Source of the DNA: Nitrospirales bacterium
GTDB lineage: Bacteria; Nitrospirota; Nitrospiria; Nitrospirales; UBA8639
DNA length: 64,000 nucleotides
NCBI GenBank assembly: GCA_963422365.1
Contig: OY729426.1
Span: forward strand, 2,208,001 to 2,272,000
Direction of reading: 5' to 3'
The notes below the pieces were generated by a model. The model worked only from the letters and a program-made list of their open reading frames with translations. It did no database searches and was not told the DNA's origin. Positions 15,738 to 25,966 of the stretch are shown here, one piece after another. The translations under genes and the position numbers were made by a program. Every line of letters begins with the position of its first letter. Within the stretch, counting starts at the first letter, position 1.

Positions 15738-16396
15738 CTATTCACTCGAGTCATGACGCATCGTTTCTGCTTCGGATGACATTGCCGAGAGGGTCGTTTC
15801 CAACTCCAACCGTATTCGTTCCATAGTCGCAGCATCGGCGTGGCGGGCAACCTGAATCGGGTTGCCCCACATAAAGATCCCGTGCGAAAACGGATACGGG
15901 ACGATAAAGCGATCCCAACTGAAAAAGACTTTTTTTTTGAACACGCAAACGTCAGAGGAATGATAGGCATGCCTGTGACTTTGGCGAGAGCAACGACACC
16001 TGATTGAACACGGTGCCTAGGCCCTTTGGGACCATCCGGCGTGATGACAAGATCAAGGCCTTGTCGTCCTGAGCGAATGAGCTGACGCAAGGCTCCTTGC
16101 CCACCCCTCGTGGTTGATCCGCGGATTGCTCCGAATCCAAATCGTTTGACGATTCGATAAATGAGTTCCCCATCTCGATGCTGACTAATCAGAATCCGAG
16201 CCTGCCGGCCACGGTAGGCTAACGGCATCATCAACTGTTGCCCGTGCCAAAATGCAATAATAATATTGCGGCCTTCCTGATAGAGACGATCGACTTGCTC
16301 GGATCCGTAAGCCGTCCATGCCATTGATTGACCGAGAAGCTGAATCGTCGCGGCGCCCCAAAATGACAAAATGTTCAATTGCAGCCGCTTCATCAT
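15738..16396 (-). CDS. DUF374 / LpxJ-like lysophospholipid acyltransferase, interrupted by a -1 frameshift at an A9 run
   Basis: AFWHG, LISQHRDGE, IRGST, TPDGPKGP in frame 0; SWDRFIVPYPFS in the -1 frame after TCA AAA AAA AAG (15930-15938). Confidence 0.88.
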
Positions 16397-16418
16397 AAAA
16401 GATATTGCCCTTCCTTGA

Positions 16419-18167
16419 CTACCGCAACGTGGATGCGGCCGGAACATCATGAAATTGGGTTTGATACAGTCGCGTGTAAATCCCATCTCGACGAAGCAAT
16501 TCATGATGGATGCCGGCTTCCACAATGCGCCCTTCATCCAGAACCACGATACGATCCGCATGCTGAACCGTAGACAGGCGGTGGGCAATGACTAACGTCG
16601 TCCGATTTTTCATCAATTCTGCCAAGGCCGCCTGGACTTTTCGTTCAGACTCAGTGTCCAATGCAGAGGTGGCTTCATCCAGAATAAGCAGAGGAGGATT
16701 GCGCAACATCGCGCGTGCGATGGCTAACCGTTGACGTTGCCCTCCGGAAAGTTTGACGCCATTCTCTCCAATCAACGTATCCAACCCCTCAGGCAATTCC
16801 TCAATAAATTCCCACGCGTATCCTGCCTGTGCCGCCTGGATAATTTCTTCTTCGCACGCCTCCGTGCGTCCGTACGCAATGTTAGCCCGTATGGTTTCAT
16901 CAAACAAGACCGTCTCTTGAGAGACAATGGCAAGCTGTGCTCGCAGAGAGGTCAACGTCACGTCCCTAATCTTTCGACCATCGATTAAAATGTGGCCTTC
17001 AGATGGATCATAAAACCTCGGAACCAAACTCACTAAGGTGGATTTACCGCTCCCGCTTTTCCCTACCAACGCCACTACTTCGCCACATTCAACAGTCAGG
17101 TGAATATGTTCAATTGCCGGTTTATCACCACCTTCATAACAAAAGCTCACGTTTCGAAACTCCAGGGAACGTGAGATGTTCGGCAACTTCGCATGACCAT
17201 GATCATGAACGAACTCATGCTCCTTATCCAGCATTTCAAAGACTCGATTCGCCGCAGCAAACGCTCGTTGAATCAGCACATTGGCACCGGCAAGTTTTCT
17301 CAACGGGGCATACGCCATAAACGTCGCCGCTAAAAGGGAAAAAAATTCGCCGGGTTTCATTTGATCATCAATGACTAAAGACCCACCGTACCAAATAATA
17401 ATAGCAATTCCGCCTATCCCGATCACCTCCAACAGCGGTGAAGTCAGCGCACCGAGTTGTGCCGACTTCATAGTCGCTCGCAAATAAGACGTATTTCCCT
17501 TGGCAAAACGTTGTTGTTCAATGTGTTCTCCCCCGTATGCTTTGACAATTCGAATGCCGGCAAAGGCTTCTTTCAGCGCAGAAGCCATATCCCCCATCGA
17601 CTCTTGCCCTCTCGTGGCCAATTTGCGTAACCGCTTGCCGATTTTGACTATGGTATAGGTTGACACCGGCATCACCAAAATCAACACCATGGTCAACTTC
17701 CAATTCTGATAAAACGCCACACTACTCAACGTCAGAAAGGTAAGCCCTTGTTGAAACAAATCCTTAATTACATTGGGAATGGCATTGGCCATTTCATTGA
17801 CGTCATTCATGATTCTCGCGACCAAACGGCCGCTGGAATGCCGATGATGAAACGCCAACGAAAGCCGGAGAAACTGTCCGAACAATTGTTGCCGAATTTC
17901 TGCCACAATACGATGCCCTACGTAACTCATCAAATAGGACTGCCCATACGCGAAGGCGCCTTTTAACGTAGCCGACCCGAGAATCACGAGGGGCAAGACC
18001 ATGAGAAGCATTTGATCTTTAGCAATAAAAATTTCATCTAAAACCGGTTGAACCAGCCAAGCATACAGTCCTGACATTCCTGCCACACCCGCTGCACACA
18101 AGCAGGCCACGACCAACCGAACACGGTACGCATGAAAGTAAGACAAAATCCTAAAAAAAATGGTCAT
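16419..18167 (-). CDS. msbA: Lipid A flippase ABC transporter
   Basis: Transmembrane domain plus GKSGSGKST, LSGGQRQR, ILDEATSALD; lipid A operon context. Confidence 0.92.
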   Translation of the reverse strand: MTIFFRILSYFHAYRVRLVVACLCAAGVAGMSGLYAWLVQPVLDEIFIAKDQMLLMVLPLVILGSATLKGAFAYGQSYLMSYVGHRIVAEIRQQLFGQFLRLSLAFHHRHSSGRLVARIMNDVNEMANAIPNVIKDLFQQGLTFLTLSSVAFYQNWKLTMVLILVMPVSTYTIVKIGKRLRKLATRGQESMGDMASALKEAFAGIRIVKAYGGEHIEQQRFAKGNTSYLRATMKSAQLGALTSPLLEVIGIGGIAIIIWYGGSLVIDDQMKPGEFFSLLAATFMAYAPLRKLAGANVLIQRAFAAANRVFEMLDKEHEFVHDHGHAKLPNISRSLEFRNVSFCYEGGDKPAIEHIHLTVECGEVVALVGKSGSGKSTLVSLVPRFYDPSEGHILIDGRKIRDVTLTSLRAQLAIVSQETVLFDETIRANIAYGRTEACEEEIIQAAQAGYAWEFIEELPEGLDTLIGENGVKLSGGQRQRLAIARAMLRNPPLLILDEATSALDTESERKVQAALAELMKNRTTLVIAHRLSTVQHADRIVVLDEGRIVEAGIHHELLRRDGIYTRLYQTQFHDVPAASTLR

Positions 18168-19300
18168 GTCTGACATTCGGCCAACACCACCTCCGCCGCT
18201 CTCAGCGAAGCCCCAGGAGTTCCAAGCCGAGCACGAATGCCATCCAAGGCTTCTCGCATTTGCTCATACTGCGTTCGATCGTTGAGAAGGCGAAGGCCCT
18301 CCTCGCTCAGCCGCTCTGCCGTCGCCTCCGATTGCAACAATTCCGGAACAATGCCACGCCCGGCCACCAGATTGACCAAACCGATCTGTTCGACGGCAAC
18401 CATCATTTTGGCAAAAAGATAGGTGAACCAAGAAACACGATACGTGAGGATCATGGGTGTACCGACCAGGGCTGCCTGCAAGGTGGCAGTCCCCGAGGCC
18501 ACCAACAGTAAATCAGCAGCCGCCATGACTTCAGTCGGCTGGTTCAGGACCACGGTCACGGGAAGCTTCTTTCGATCAATCACCTCGTTTATCCAGTCCT
18601 CGGTGACCGTGGGCGCTTGTCCAATGACACAATGGAGGTCGGGAAACGATTCTCTGATTCGTGCCACCGCCTCCATCATAGTCGGCAAAAGCGACTGAAC
18701 TTCGGACTGACGGCTCCCGGGAAAAATCCCAAGAAGTAATCCTTGAGCAGGGAGCCTCAATTCCTGTCGGAGACAAGCTGCATCATAGTGTTGTGCCATG
18801 TGATCGAGTAAAGGATGTCCCACAAAACTACAGGGCATGTCGGCGGCACGGTACATTGGTTCCTCAAATGGTAAAATCACGATCATCCGGCGTACCACGC
18901 GCTTCATCATATTGATCCGATGCCGGCCCCATGCCCAAATTTGCGGAGCAATATAATAGATCACACGGTGGCCAAGTTTAGTCGCAATCCTAGCCAATCG
19001 AAGATTCATCGACGGATTATCAACAAAGACCACGCCATCCAAGGATTCCCGTCGAAAAAAGCGTTTCAGGATCACAATGTTGGCAATGCCCTTCCAAATC
19101 GTGACGGGTCCTGGAATCCCGACGACGTCCAAACGATGTAATCCTTGCACCAGTTCTACCCCTGCGGCTCGCATGTGTTGCCCGCCTACCCCAACCAGTC
19201 TGATTTCAGGCTGGAGTTTCTTCAAGGCTTTTGCCAGATTTGCACCATGAAGATCTCCCGATGCCTCGCCAGTGACAATCATGATTGACAGACCAGCCAT
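18164..19300 (-). CDS. lpxB: Lipid A disaccharide synthase
   Basis: GEASGDLHG, YYIAPQIWAW, ILPFE, FVGHPL, PGSR, SGTATL motifs. Confidence 0.96.
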   Translation of the reverse strand: MAGLSIMIVTGEASGDLHGANLAKALKKLQPEIRLVGVGGQHMRAAGVELVQGLHRLDVVGIPGPVTIWKGIANIVILKRFFRRESLDGVVFVDNPSMNLRLARIATKLGHRVIYYIAPQIWAWGRHRINMMKRVVRRMIVILPFEEPMYRAADMPCSFVGHPLLDHMAQHYDAACLRQELRLPAQGLLLGIFPGSRQSEVQSLLPTMMEAVARIRESFPDLHCVIGQAPTVTEDWINEVIDRKKLPVTVVLNQPTEVMAAADLLLVASGTATLQAALVGTPMILTYRVSWFTYLFAKMMVAVEQIGLVNLVAGRGIVPELLQSEATAERLSEEGLRLLNDRTQYEQMREALDGIRARLGTPGASLRAAEVVLAECQT

Positions 19301-19315
19301 ACCCCACGAACACCA

Positions 19316-20293
19316 CTAAGAAAAGGAGGCTTCACTCTCTGAAAGCCCGGTTAGAGGATAAGGAGCTCCACGGATGGAATGAATAATCCTATGGACTAAC
19401 TCTAGGGCAGCCAAGCCTTCTTCACCAGAGACACCGACCGGAGCACCCGTTTGAATGGATTGCACAAAGGCTTGCAATTCCCGTTTAAGCGGTTCTTCAT
19501 CCCCTGCCTGAATCGGTTCCTCACTCACGGATGATTCAGCAGCCGTGAGCCCAGTTTGTCGATACACAATGCCTTGGCGAGAGGAAAAATCAACGGAAAG
19601 ATACAGCTTTTCCTGTAAGAGACGCATTTTTCGCAAACGGCCGGTCGATATTCGGCTAGCCGTAAAATTGACGATACACCCTTTGGAAAATTCGACTCGA
19701 GCATGCGCAAAATCAACCTGCGAAGAAAGAACCGTGGCTCCCACGGCTTTCACTTCCTTTACTTGCCCCAACCCAAAGGACAAAATAAGGTCAACGTCAT
19801 GAATCATCAAATCCAACGCCACGTCAATGTCTGTTCCCCGTGGTTGAAAAAGGGCGAGTCGATGGCATTCGATAAACCGAGGATTCGAAAGAAGATCCTG
19901 GACCAGATCCCTGACGGGATTAAACCGTTCAACGTGCCCTACGTGCAAAATCAGATTGTTCTGCTTCGCACAGTGGACCATCTGCAGCCCTTCTTCCGGC
20001 GTGGCCGCAATGGGCTTTTCAACCAGGACGTGCACACCGGCTTCGAGGCAGTTTCGCACCACCGTTTGGTGCTGCAAAGTAGGCACGGCGACGCTCACCG
20101 CATCGACTTGTGGTAACAAGTCTTGATAATCCCCAAGATGTGCCACGCCAAAACGATTGCCTATCTCGGTCCGTCTGGTTTGATCAAGATCAGCCACGCC
20201 CACTAAATGGGTCTGAGGCAATTCAGAATAGAGACGGGCATGATGTTGCCCGAAATATCCGACCCCGATGACGCCAACTTTGCTGACTTCCAT
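19316..20293 (-). CDS. gnnA: Gfo/Idh/MocA oxidoreductase, GnnA-like UDP-GlcNAc 3-dehydrogenase
   Basis: GVGYFG, VEKP, GHVERFNP, DLMIHD motifs; position between lpxA/lpxI and lpxB. Confidence 0.75.
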   Translation of the reverse strand: MEVSKVGVIGVGYFGQHHARLYSELPQTHLVGVADLDQTRRTEIGNRFGVAHLGDYQDLLPQVDAVSVAVPTLQHQTVVRNCLEAGVHVLVEKPIAATPEEGLQMVHCAKQNNLILHVGHVERFNPVRDLVQDLLSNPRFIECHRLALFQPRGTDIDVALDLMIHDVDLILSFGLGQVKEVKAVGATVLSSQVDFAHARVEFSKGCIVNFTASRISTGRLRKMRLLQEKLYLSVDFSSRQGIVYRQTGLTAAESSVSEEPIQAGDEEPLKRELQAFVQSIQTGAPVGVSGEEGLAALELVHRIIHSIRGAPYPLTGLSESEASFS

Positions 20294-20470
20294 ATTTCGT
20301 CTTCTTCCGATTGAATCACATGAGACGACAGAAGAAACCTGAAACCCCGGCGCAACGAGGTCTGCCAACCTGTCTAGTTAAAAAGGAAGTTGGGGAAGGG
20401 AGCCAAGGTATGGGGACCGTCAGAACACGACAAGGTGGTTGCGGAATCGTGCGAAATACCCACTCCTCAA

Positions 20471-21337
20471 TTATCCCGGGACACCAATGATTGCGATGTC
20501 GGCCTGATACGCTTTTTCCAGCATCTCTTCTCGATCAAGCATAATAGTTTTGGAGGCCTCTAGGGCTAACACCGAAGCCTTGACTTCATTCATCACGTCG
20601 ATGGTTTGGGAACCGACCGCAGGCAAATCAAAACGTAAATCTTGTTGAGGTTTGCAACACTTGACAACGACGGCCCCATTCCGAGCCAATCGGCCGGCGC
20701 GCCGGATGGTCTCATCCGTCCCTTCAACCGCTTCAACCGCGACAATCACACGATCTTTGACCACCACGCATTGGCCAATATCCATTTGGCCGACCTCTTT
20801 CGCAATACTCCATCCGTAGGACACATCCTCTTGCTCTTTCTTGGACAGCCGACGCCGAGTCAAGACCCCTTCCGGAACGACAATATTTGAAAGCCCAAAC
20901 GTGGACTCTCGAATCGTAATTCCTTCGTCTTCCAGGCCGTCGGCAATCGCCCTGAGAATATGATCATCCTTCCACGATTTCAGTTTGGTAAAGAACGCCA
21001 TGGCCCAGAAGTCCGGACGAACATCAGAAAAGAGATGCGTCTTTTTCATCCCCCCCAGCATCACGGCTTGCTGTACGCCGTCATGTTTGAGGGCTTGAAT
21101 GACTTTCCCAAATTGGCCAATGCGAACCCAATGCATCCGATCGACAACCTGCTCCAACTCGGGAGCCGTCTCACCCTGATGGGCAACGGCAGACACTCGA
21201 AACCCAAGTTTTCTGGCATTTTCAGCAAAAATGATGGGAAACCGACCGTTGCCTGCGATGAGACCCATCCATGCACCAGGGCAAGGAAGCGGGAGCATTG
21301 ATGACGACCGTTCCTGAGTCACAGCGGGTATGAACAC
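20471..21337 (-). CDS. lpxI: UDP-2,3-diacylglucosamine pyrophosphatase LpxI (start may be further downstream)
   Basis: GLIAGNGRFP, DIGQCVVV, AVEAVEGTD, QDLRFDLPAVG motifs. Confidence 0.93.
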   Translation of the reverse strand: MFIPAVTQERSSSMLPLPCPGAWMGLIAGNGRFPIIFAENARKLGFRVSAVAHQGETAPELEQVVDRMHWVRIGQFGKVIQALKHDGVQQAVMLGGMKKTHLFSDVRPDFWAMAFFTKLKSWKDDHILRAIADGLEDEGITIRESTFGLSNIVVPEGVLTRRRLSKKEQEDVSYGWSIAKEVGQMDIGQCVVVKDRVIVAVEAVEGTDETIRRAGRLARNGAVVVKCCKPQQDLRFDLPAVGSQTIDVMNEVKASVLALEASKTIMLDREEMLEKAYQADIAIIGVPG

Positions 21338-22153
21338 CTAACAGTCTTCCTGCCCGCCCTGACCTTTTCGCGCAGAGCGACACGTTCCACGAATCGAGGT
21401 TTCCAAAAATGTAAGCAGGGCTAAAACGTCCGGACTCTCTTGGAATTGATGACGCACCAGTTGAATAGAATCGGCCATGCGTTGGTTTTTTCGGAACAGC
21501 AAGCTGTAGGCCTGTTTCAACACGCGGATGCGCTCATCCGAAAACTTTTCCCGACGAAGACCAATGGCATTGACCCCATAGAGATTGGCTCGATTCCCAG
21601 ATGCACGCATAAACGGAGGCACGTCCTTTGCGACGGCAGAACACCCGCCAATCATGGCATAATCTCCGATTCGCACCCGTTGATGAACACCGACTAACCC
21701 ACCAATGACGGCAGAATTCCCAATCGAAATATGCCCGGCAAGCGTCGCGGCATTGGCTATGATCACAGAATTGCCGATATGACAATCATGCGCAATATGC
21801 ACATAGGCCATCAAAAAATTGTGCTGGCCAATCGTCGTGACACCTCCGCCCAATGCTGTCCCGCGATGAATCGTAACATACTCCCGTAAGATATTTTCAT
21901 CACCGATACTTAGACGAGTCGGTTCATCATGATATTCAAGGTGCTGGGGAGAAGCCCCTATCGAAACATACGAAAAGATTTTACACCGTTGCCCGATTTC
22001 TGTAATGCCCTCTATGCACACGTGCGAACACAGTTCAGTGCCTCGACCGATTTTCACATGCTCGCCAACCACGCAAAAGGGACCCACAATCACATCCTCA
22101 TCAAGTTCAGATTTCGGATGCACAATAGCTGTAGGATGAATAGACATGTCCAC
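21338..22153 (-). CDS. lpxA: Acyl-ACP--UDP-GlcNAc acyltransferase
   Basis: IHPTAIV, hexapeptide repeats, REYVTIHRGT, MAYVHIAHDC motifs. Confidence 0.96.
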   Translation of the reverse strand: MDMSIHPTAIVHPKSELDEDVIVGPFCVVGEHVKIGRGTELCSHVCIEGITEIGQRCKIFSYVSIGASPQHLEYHDEPTRLSIGDENILREYVTIHRGTALGGGVTTIGQHNFLMAYVHIAHDCHIGNSVIIANAATLAGHISIGNSAVIGGLVGVHQRVRIGDYAMIGGCSAVAKDVPPFMRASGNRANLYGVNAIGLRREKFSDERIRVLKQAYSLLFRKNQRMADSIQLVRHQFQESPDVLALLTFLETSIRGTCRSARKGQGGQEDC

Positions 22154-22183
22154 GACTCGCCAAAATTACCCTAAATTTTTTGG

Positions 22184-22663
22184 CTAACCCATCTCGGAAT
22201 TCGGCGATGCTGCAGCCTCTGGCGTCAGCATCGCCGTCGATTCAGCCTCACAAACAAGATCCGACCCGACAAAGGCCTTCCCTCGTATCTTCCAAAACGG
22301 TGGTCGGCGTTTCATCACTTCGACTTCCAACCGTATCTGATCCCCAGGAATCACAGGTTTACGAAACTTTGCTTTGTCAATTCCGGTCAGATACACGATC
22401 GGTGCTCCGTCAACGGATGACGATCGAATGGCCAACACTCCACCTAATTGAGCAAGGGCCTCTAAAATTAAGACACCGGGAAAGATAGGCCGCCCAGGAA
22501 AATGACCTTGGAAATATGGCTCATTGATCGTGACATTTTTCAGCCCTACCGCCCGTCGATTGCATTCAAACTCCACCACACGATCCACAAGCAAAAAAGG
22601 GTAACGATGAGGAAGGATGGATTGCACTTCAATAGTATCGATGACAGTCTCTCTTCCAGCCAT
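22184..22663 (-). CDS. fabZ: 3-hydroxyacyl-ACP dehydratase
   Basis: LPHRYPFLLVD, FQGHFP, PGVLILEALAQ motifs. Confidence 0.97.
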   Translation of the reverse strand: MAGRETVIDTIEVQSILPHRYPFLLVDRVVEFECNRRAVGLKNVTINEPYFQGHFPGRPIFPGVLILEALAQLGGVLAIRSSSVDGAPIVYLTGIDKAKFRKPVIPGDQIRLEVEVMKRRPPFWKIRGKAFVGSDLVCEAESTAMLTPEAAASPNSEMG

Positions 22664-22762
22664 ATGACCGCTCCTCCATCGTGCACACTCTCAAACAAAA
22701 AAGTTCGTAACATTTCCGCGTGGCGTCAATGATGTGAGGCATAGCACGGTGACTGATCTTCC

Positions 22763-23365
22763 TCAGTCGAACATTGTCTGATCTAACACGTCCAACACAT
22801 GGGACGAAAAATCCAAACTTGGGTCATAATACCGAGTCGAAGTATTCTTCCCTTTTTCCACGACTAAAACCAACCCCCGTTGTTGAGCAATGCGTTGGAC
22901 CACTAAATCAACTTGGTCACGGAATTCGCCAAACAGCTCGGCCTGTTTCGCTTGGAACTCTCGGTTCATATCACCGACTTTTTGTTGGTAGTCTAACATA
23001 CGTCGGCGCAATTGCTCTTCCTTCTGTTGCTTGGCCGAGGGACTTAAGACACTGCCCTGGCGTAAGACTTCATTTTCCAAATTCCGCAGTTCTTGTTGTT
23101 CGAGTTCAAGAAGCGTCTGCCGATCCTTCATGAACTGATTGAGGGCATCATTGACTTGACGGCCCAGCTTCGACTCCTTCAATAACCATTGCGTGTCGAC
23201 CACCCCAACAAGGACACCGGATACAGCTTGTCCTTCTGTTCCAGACGTTTCAGAAGCCGATGTGGTGCAACCAGTCCCAACAGACAACATGAGAGACATT
23301 CCTGCCAAGAGAACACCGACATAAAGAGGTAACGACACCCCATTTGAGCGACTTATTCTCAGCAT
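22763..23365 (-). CDS. skp: OmpH/Skp outer-membrane chaperone
   Basis: Signal peptide, VGVVD strand, long coiled coil; located between bamA and fabZ. Confidence 0.85.
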   Translation of the reverse strand: MLRISRSNGVSLPLYVGVLLAGMSLMLSVGTGCTTSASETSGTEGQAVSGVLVGVVDTQWLLKESKLGRQVNDALNQFMKDRQTLLELEQQELRNLENEVLRQGSVLSPSAKQQKEEQLRRRMLDYQQKVGDMNREFQAKQAELFGEFRDQVDLVVQRIAQQRGLVLVVEKGKNTSTRYYDPSLDFSSHVLDVLDQTMFD

Positions 23366-23375
23366 GACTTGATCG

Positions 23376-25709
23376 TCAAAATACGTTCCCAACGGAAAAC
23401 TCAAAGACGCTTTGCTGTTCTTGAGGCTTAGGATCCAATTTGAGACCCCACGCCGCACGTAAAGGCCCAAACGGCGAAATCCACCGCACCTCTAATCCCG
23501 TCGCAGCCCGCAACTGCAAATTCAAGTCTTCGTCTTGATGAAATCCTTTCCCATAATCAAAAAAGAGGACACCATTCAATTTCGCAGCAGGAAGTACGGG
23601 AAAAATCAACTCGGCATTAAAGATCAGTTGTTTATTCCCACCCGCCAATGTTCCAGAGGAAGTCACCGGCCCTGCCCGTCCATATTGAAACCCACGCATC
23701 GTATTAATCCCGCCAACAAAAAAGAGTTCCGTCAATGGAACGGCGTTCCCCCAATACCCTTCAGCCAAGCCAAACCGACCACGGAACGCTGTCCGGATGT
23801 CCCAAACAGGCCAAGGGATGTATTTCAACCCATCGAGACTGAACCGATAGAAATTGTTGGTCCCCCCCAACGCCTCGGTTCCAAAACCTATGCGCAGGCC
23901 CGTTCTGGATCCAGTGCGCGGATCTTGAAAAAAGTCGCGCGTATCCCGAAAAATACTCGAACGAAACCCCGTCGTGGATTGAGTGCCGAGTTGGTTCCGA
24001 ATGAAATCTGGTGCATCGCTTGCCGGGTTTTTAATGTTAATTGTCTCGCCGACCAAGGTCAAACTTCCCGAGATATATTCAGAAAAGGCTCGTCCCCATT
24101 GGATGGTTCCCCCTTTTCTTTCTTCTTCATACGTCAAAAAATTCGTTTCCGTGCTAAACCCATCGGCTTGAAAGGAAGTGGGGCCGTCAAACAGTGCCGG
24201 ATTTCTAAAAGTTAAGACCCCGATGGTTCGACGCGCACCGATTTGTCCACGAATTCGAACCATGTACCCTAAGCCAAACAAATTGCCTTCCGAGATATTG
24301 GCAATTGCCGTCAATCGATCGAGGGTGCTGAACCCACCACCAATACTGAACTGCCCTGTGGGCTTCTCTTTGACTCGTACTTCAACATCCACTTTATCTT
24401 CCTCTACCTGTTCAGGAAAAAGCTCGACCGTTTCAAAAAAATTCAAATTGTTGAGTCGCTGAAAACTTCGCTTCACGGCCACCGAATTCAGAACTTCCTG
24501 CTCATCCACTCGCAGCTCTCGGCGAATCACATTATCACGCGTCTTATCATTCCCAGTAATGTGAATCTCCCGCACGCGAATAAGCGATCCCTCTTTCATT
24601 GTAAAGGTAATCTCCGTCGTGAGCGTTTCAGGATTCGGGACTAAGCCAGGTATGACTTCGGCAAAGGAATACCCCTTTTTTCCATACAGGTCCGTAATGC
24701 GAGAAACCTCTTCTCGAACGATCGTCCGTTGAAACACATCATGAGGGTGGACAAACGAATTCCGCTCAAGTTCCTCGACTTCAAAGACGGTGTTCCCTTT
24801 ATAGCGAATCGTTTGAACCGTATAGGGCTGGCCTTCATGGATTTGAAATGTCAAGGTCACGGATTCTTTATCGTCGCTCAGTTCAAGAGTCGGCATACTG
24901 ACCTGGACATCAAGATACCCCCTATTCGAATAATATTCCTTTATCCGCTCTACATCGTTGGCGAGTTCTTCTTTGTGTAAAATGCCAGCGTCTGTCAGGA
25001 GAGAGAGGAACGACGTCCACTCTTGATTGGCCGTGACTCCTAACAAATCACTTCTACTGACGACGGTTGCACCGACGAAATGAATCGATTGAATTTTCGC
25101 TCGCGCGCCTTCTTGGATAAAAAAGGTCACACGATTGCGGCTCTCCTGTAACGCCTGAATAACAGGAATCACGTTGGCCTTATGATACCCATCCTTTTCA
25201 TATGCCGCCCGAATATTTTCCGCACTCAGTTTAATCTCTTGTTGATCAAGAAACACTTGATTCTTCAGCGTGAGCACCTCTTTCAATTTATCGTCTGATA
25301 ACGCAACGTTCCCATCAAAGACAATGTCCGTGACAAAGGGTTTTTCCTTTACCACGAAAATGACCTCCACCCCCTTTGGTCTTGTTTCGGTCTGGACTCG
25401 CACATCGTCAAAAAACCCCATGTCGTAAATCCGTTGAATGTGTTCCCGCGTGGCCTGAGTCGTAATCCGGTCTCCCGTTTTCAGAGTAATTTTTCCGAGA
25501 ATCGCTGATGCCTCAATTCGTAGATTTCCTTGAACGGTAATGCGTTCCACCACCAAATCTTGAAGTTGGCTCCAACTCGGTAACGGCACACTCATGAACA
25601 TGAGCCCATAACAAAAAATGACACCGAGCACTCTGCTGGTTCTTGATTTCTGCGGAGCCATGGGTGTGTGAACGGCGGAACGCTGCTCCTCGGCATTGAC
25701 TTTCATCAT
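23376..25709 (-). CDS. bamA: Outer membrane protein assembly factor BamA (start uncertain)
   Basis: POTRA repeats, GNDKTRDNVIRRE, GGINTMRGF, WISPFGPL, terminal Phe. Confidence 0.96.
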   Translation of the reverse strand: MMKVNAEEQRSAVHTPMAPQKSRTSRVLGVIFCYGLMFMSVPLPSWSQLQDLVVERITVQGNLRIEASAILGKITLKTGDRITTQATREHIQRIYDMGFFDDVRVQTETRPKGVEVIFVVKEKPFVTDIVFDGNVALSDDKLKEVLTLKNQVFLDQQEIKLSAENIRAAYEKDGYHKANVIPVIQALQESRNRVTFFIQEGARAKIQSIHFVGATVVSRSDLLGVTANQEWTSFLSLLTDAGILHKEELANDVERIKEYYSNRGYLDVQVSMPTLELSDDKESVTLTFQIHEGQPYTVQTIRYKGNTVFEVEELERNSFVHPHDVFQRTIVREEVSRITDLYGKKGYSFAEVIPGLVPNPETLTTEITFTMKEGSLIRVREIHITGNDKTRDNVIRRELRVDEQEVLNSVAVKRSFQRLNNLNFFETVELFPEQVEEDKVDVEVRVKEKPTGQFSIGGGFSTLDRLTAIANISEGNLFGLGYMVRIRGQIGARRTIGVLTFRNPALFDGPTSFQADGFSTETNFLTYEEERKGGTIQWGRAFSEYISGSLTLVGETINIKNPASDAPDFIRNQLGTQSTTGFRSSIFRDTRDFFQDPRTGSRTGLRIGFGTEALGGTNNFYRFSLDGLKYIPWPVWDIRTAFRGRFGLAEGYWGNAVPLTELFFVGGINTMRGFQYGRAGPVTSSGTLAGGNKQLIFNAELIFPVLPAAKLNGVLFFDYGKGFHQDEDLNLQLRAATGLEVRWISPFGPLRAAWGLKLDPKPQEQQSVFEFSVGNVF

Positions 25710-25936
25710 CGTCCGTTTGTGTTCAGGACAAAAACCTGCTCTCATGAGGCAGGCGGGAAAAAACAAAATCACAACTCACTTCCAGCAACGAACGATGAGG
25801 GGTATACGGTCTTTGTCTGGGGGGGATGCGTCAGACAATTCAAAACTTCAACCTGAAGAAAGCTAAGACAGGCCTCTATATTATAAAGAGATGTGCACTA
25901 CTTGTAAAGTGTTGGAATTTTATGGATTTTCCTTCC

Positions 25937-25966
25937 TTGACATTCATTTTTTCGTTCACTTACTAT
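25937..25966 (+). promoter_or_regulatory. Putative sigma70 promoter of lon
   Basis: TTGACA-N18-TACTAT. Confidence 0.5.

Noticed and set aside
15683..16588. 301-aa ORF as the real DUF374 protein
   Set aside because: Its N-terminal part overlaps msbA and its C-terminus is off-frame; the homologous C-terminus is in the -1 frame
23535..24215. Long antisense ORFs opposite bamA and other housekeeping genes (also 11958-12623, 48849-49520, 61523-62053)
   Set aside because: Antisense shadows of well-conserved genes, with no recognisable motifs
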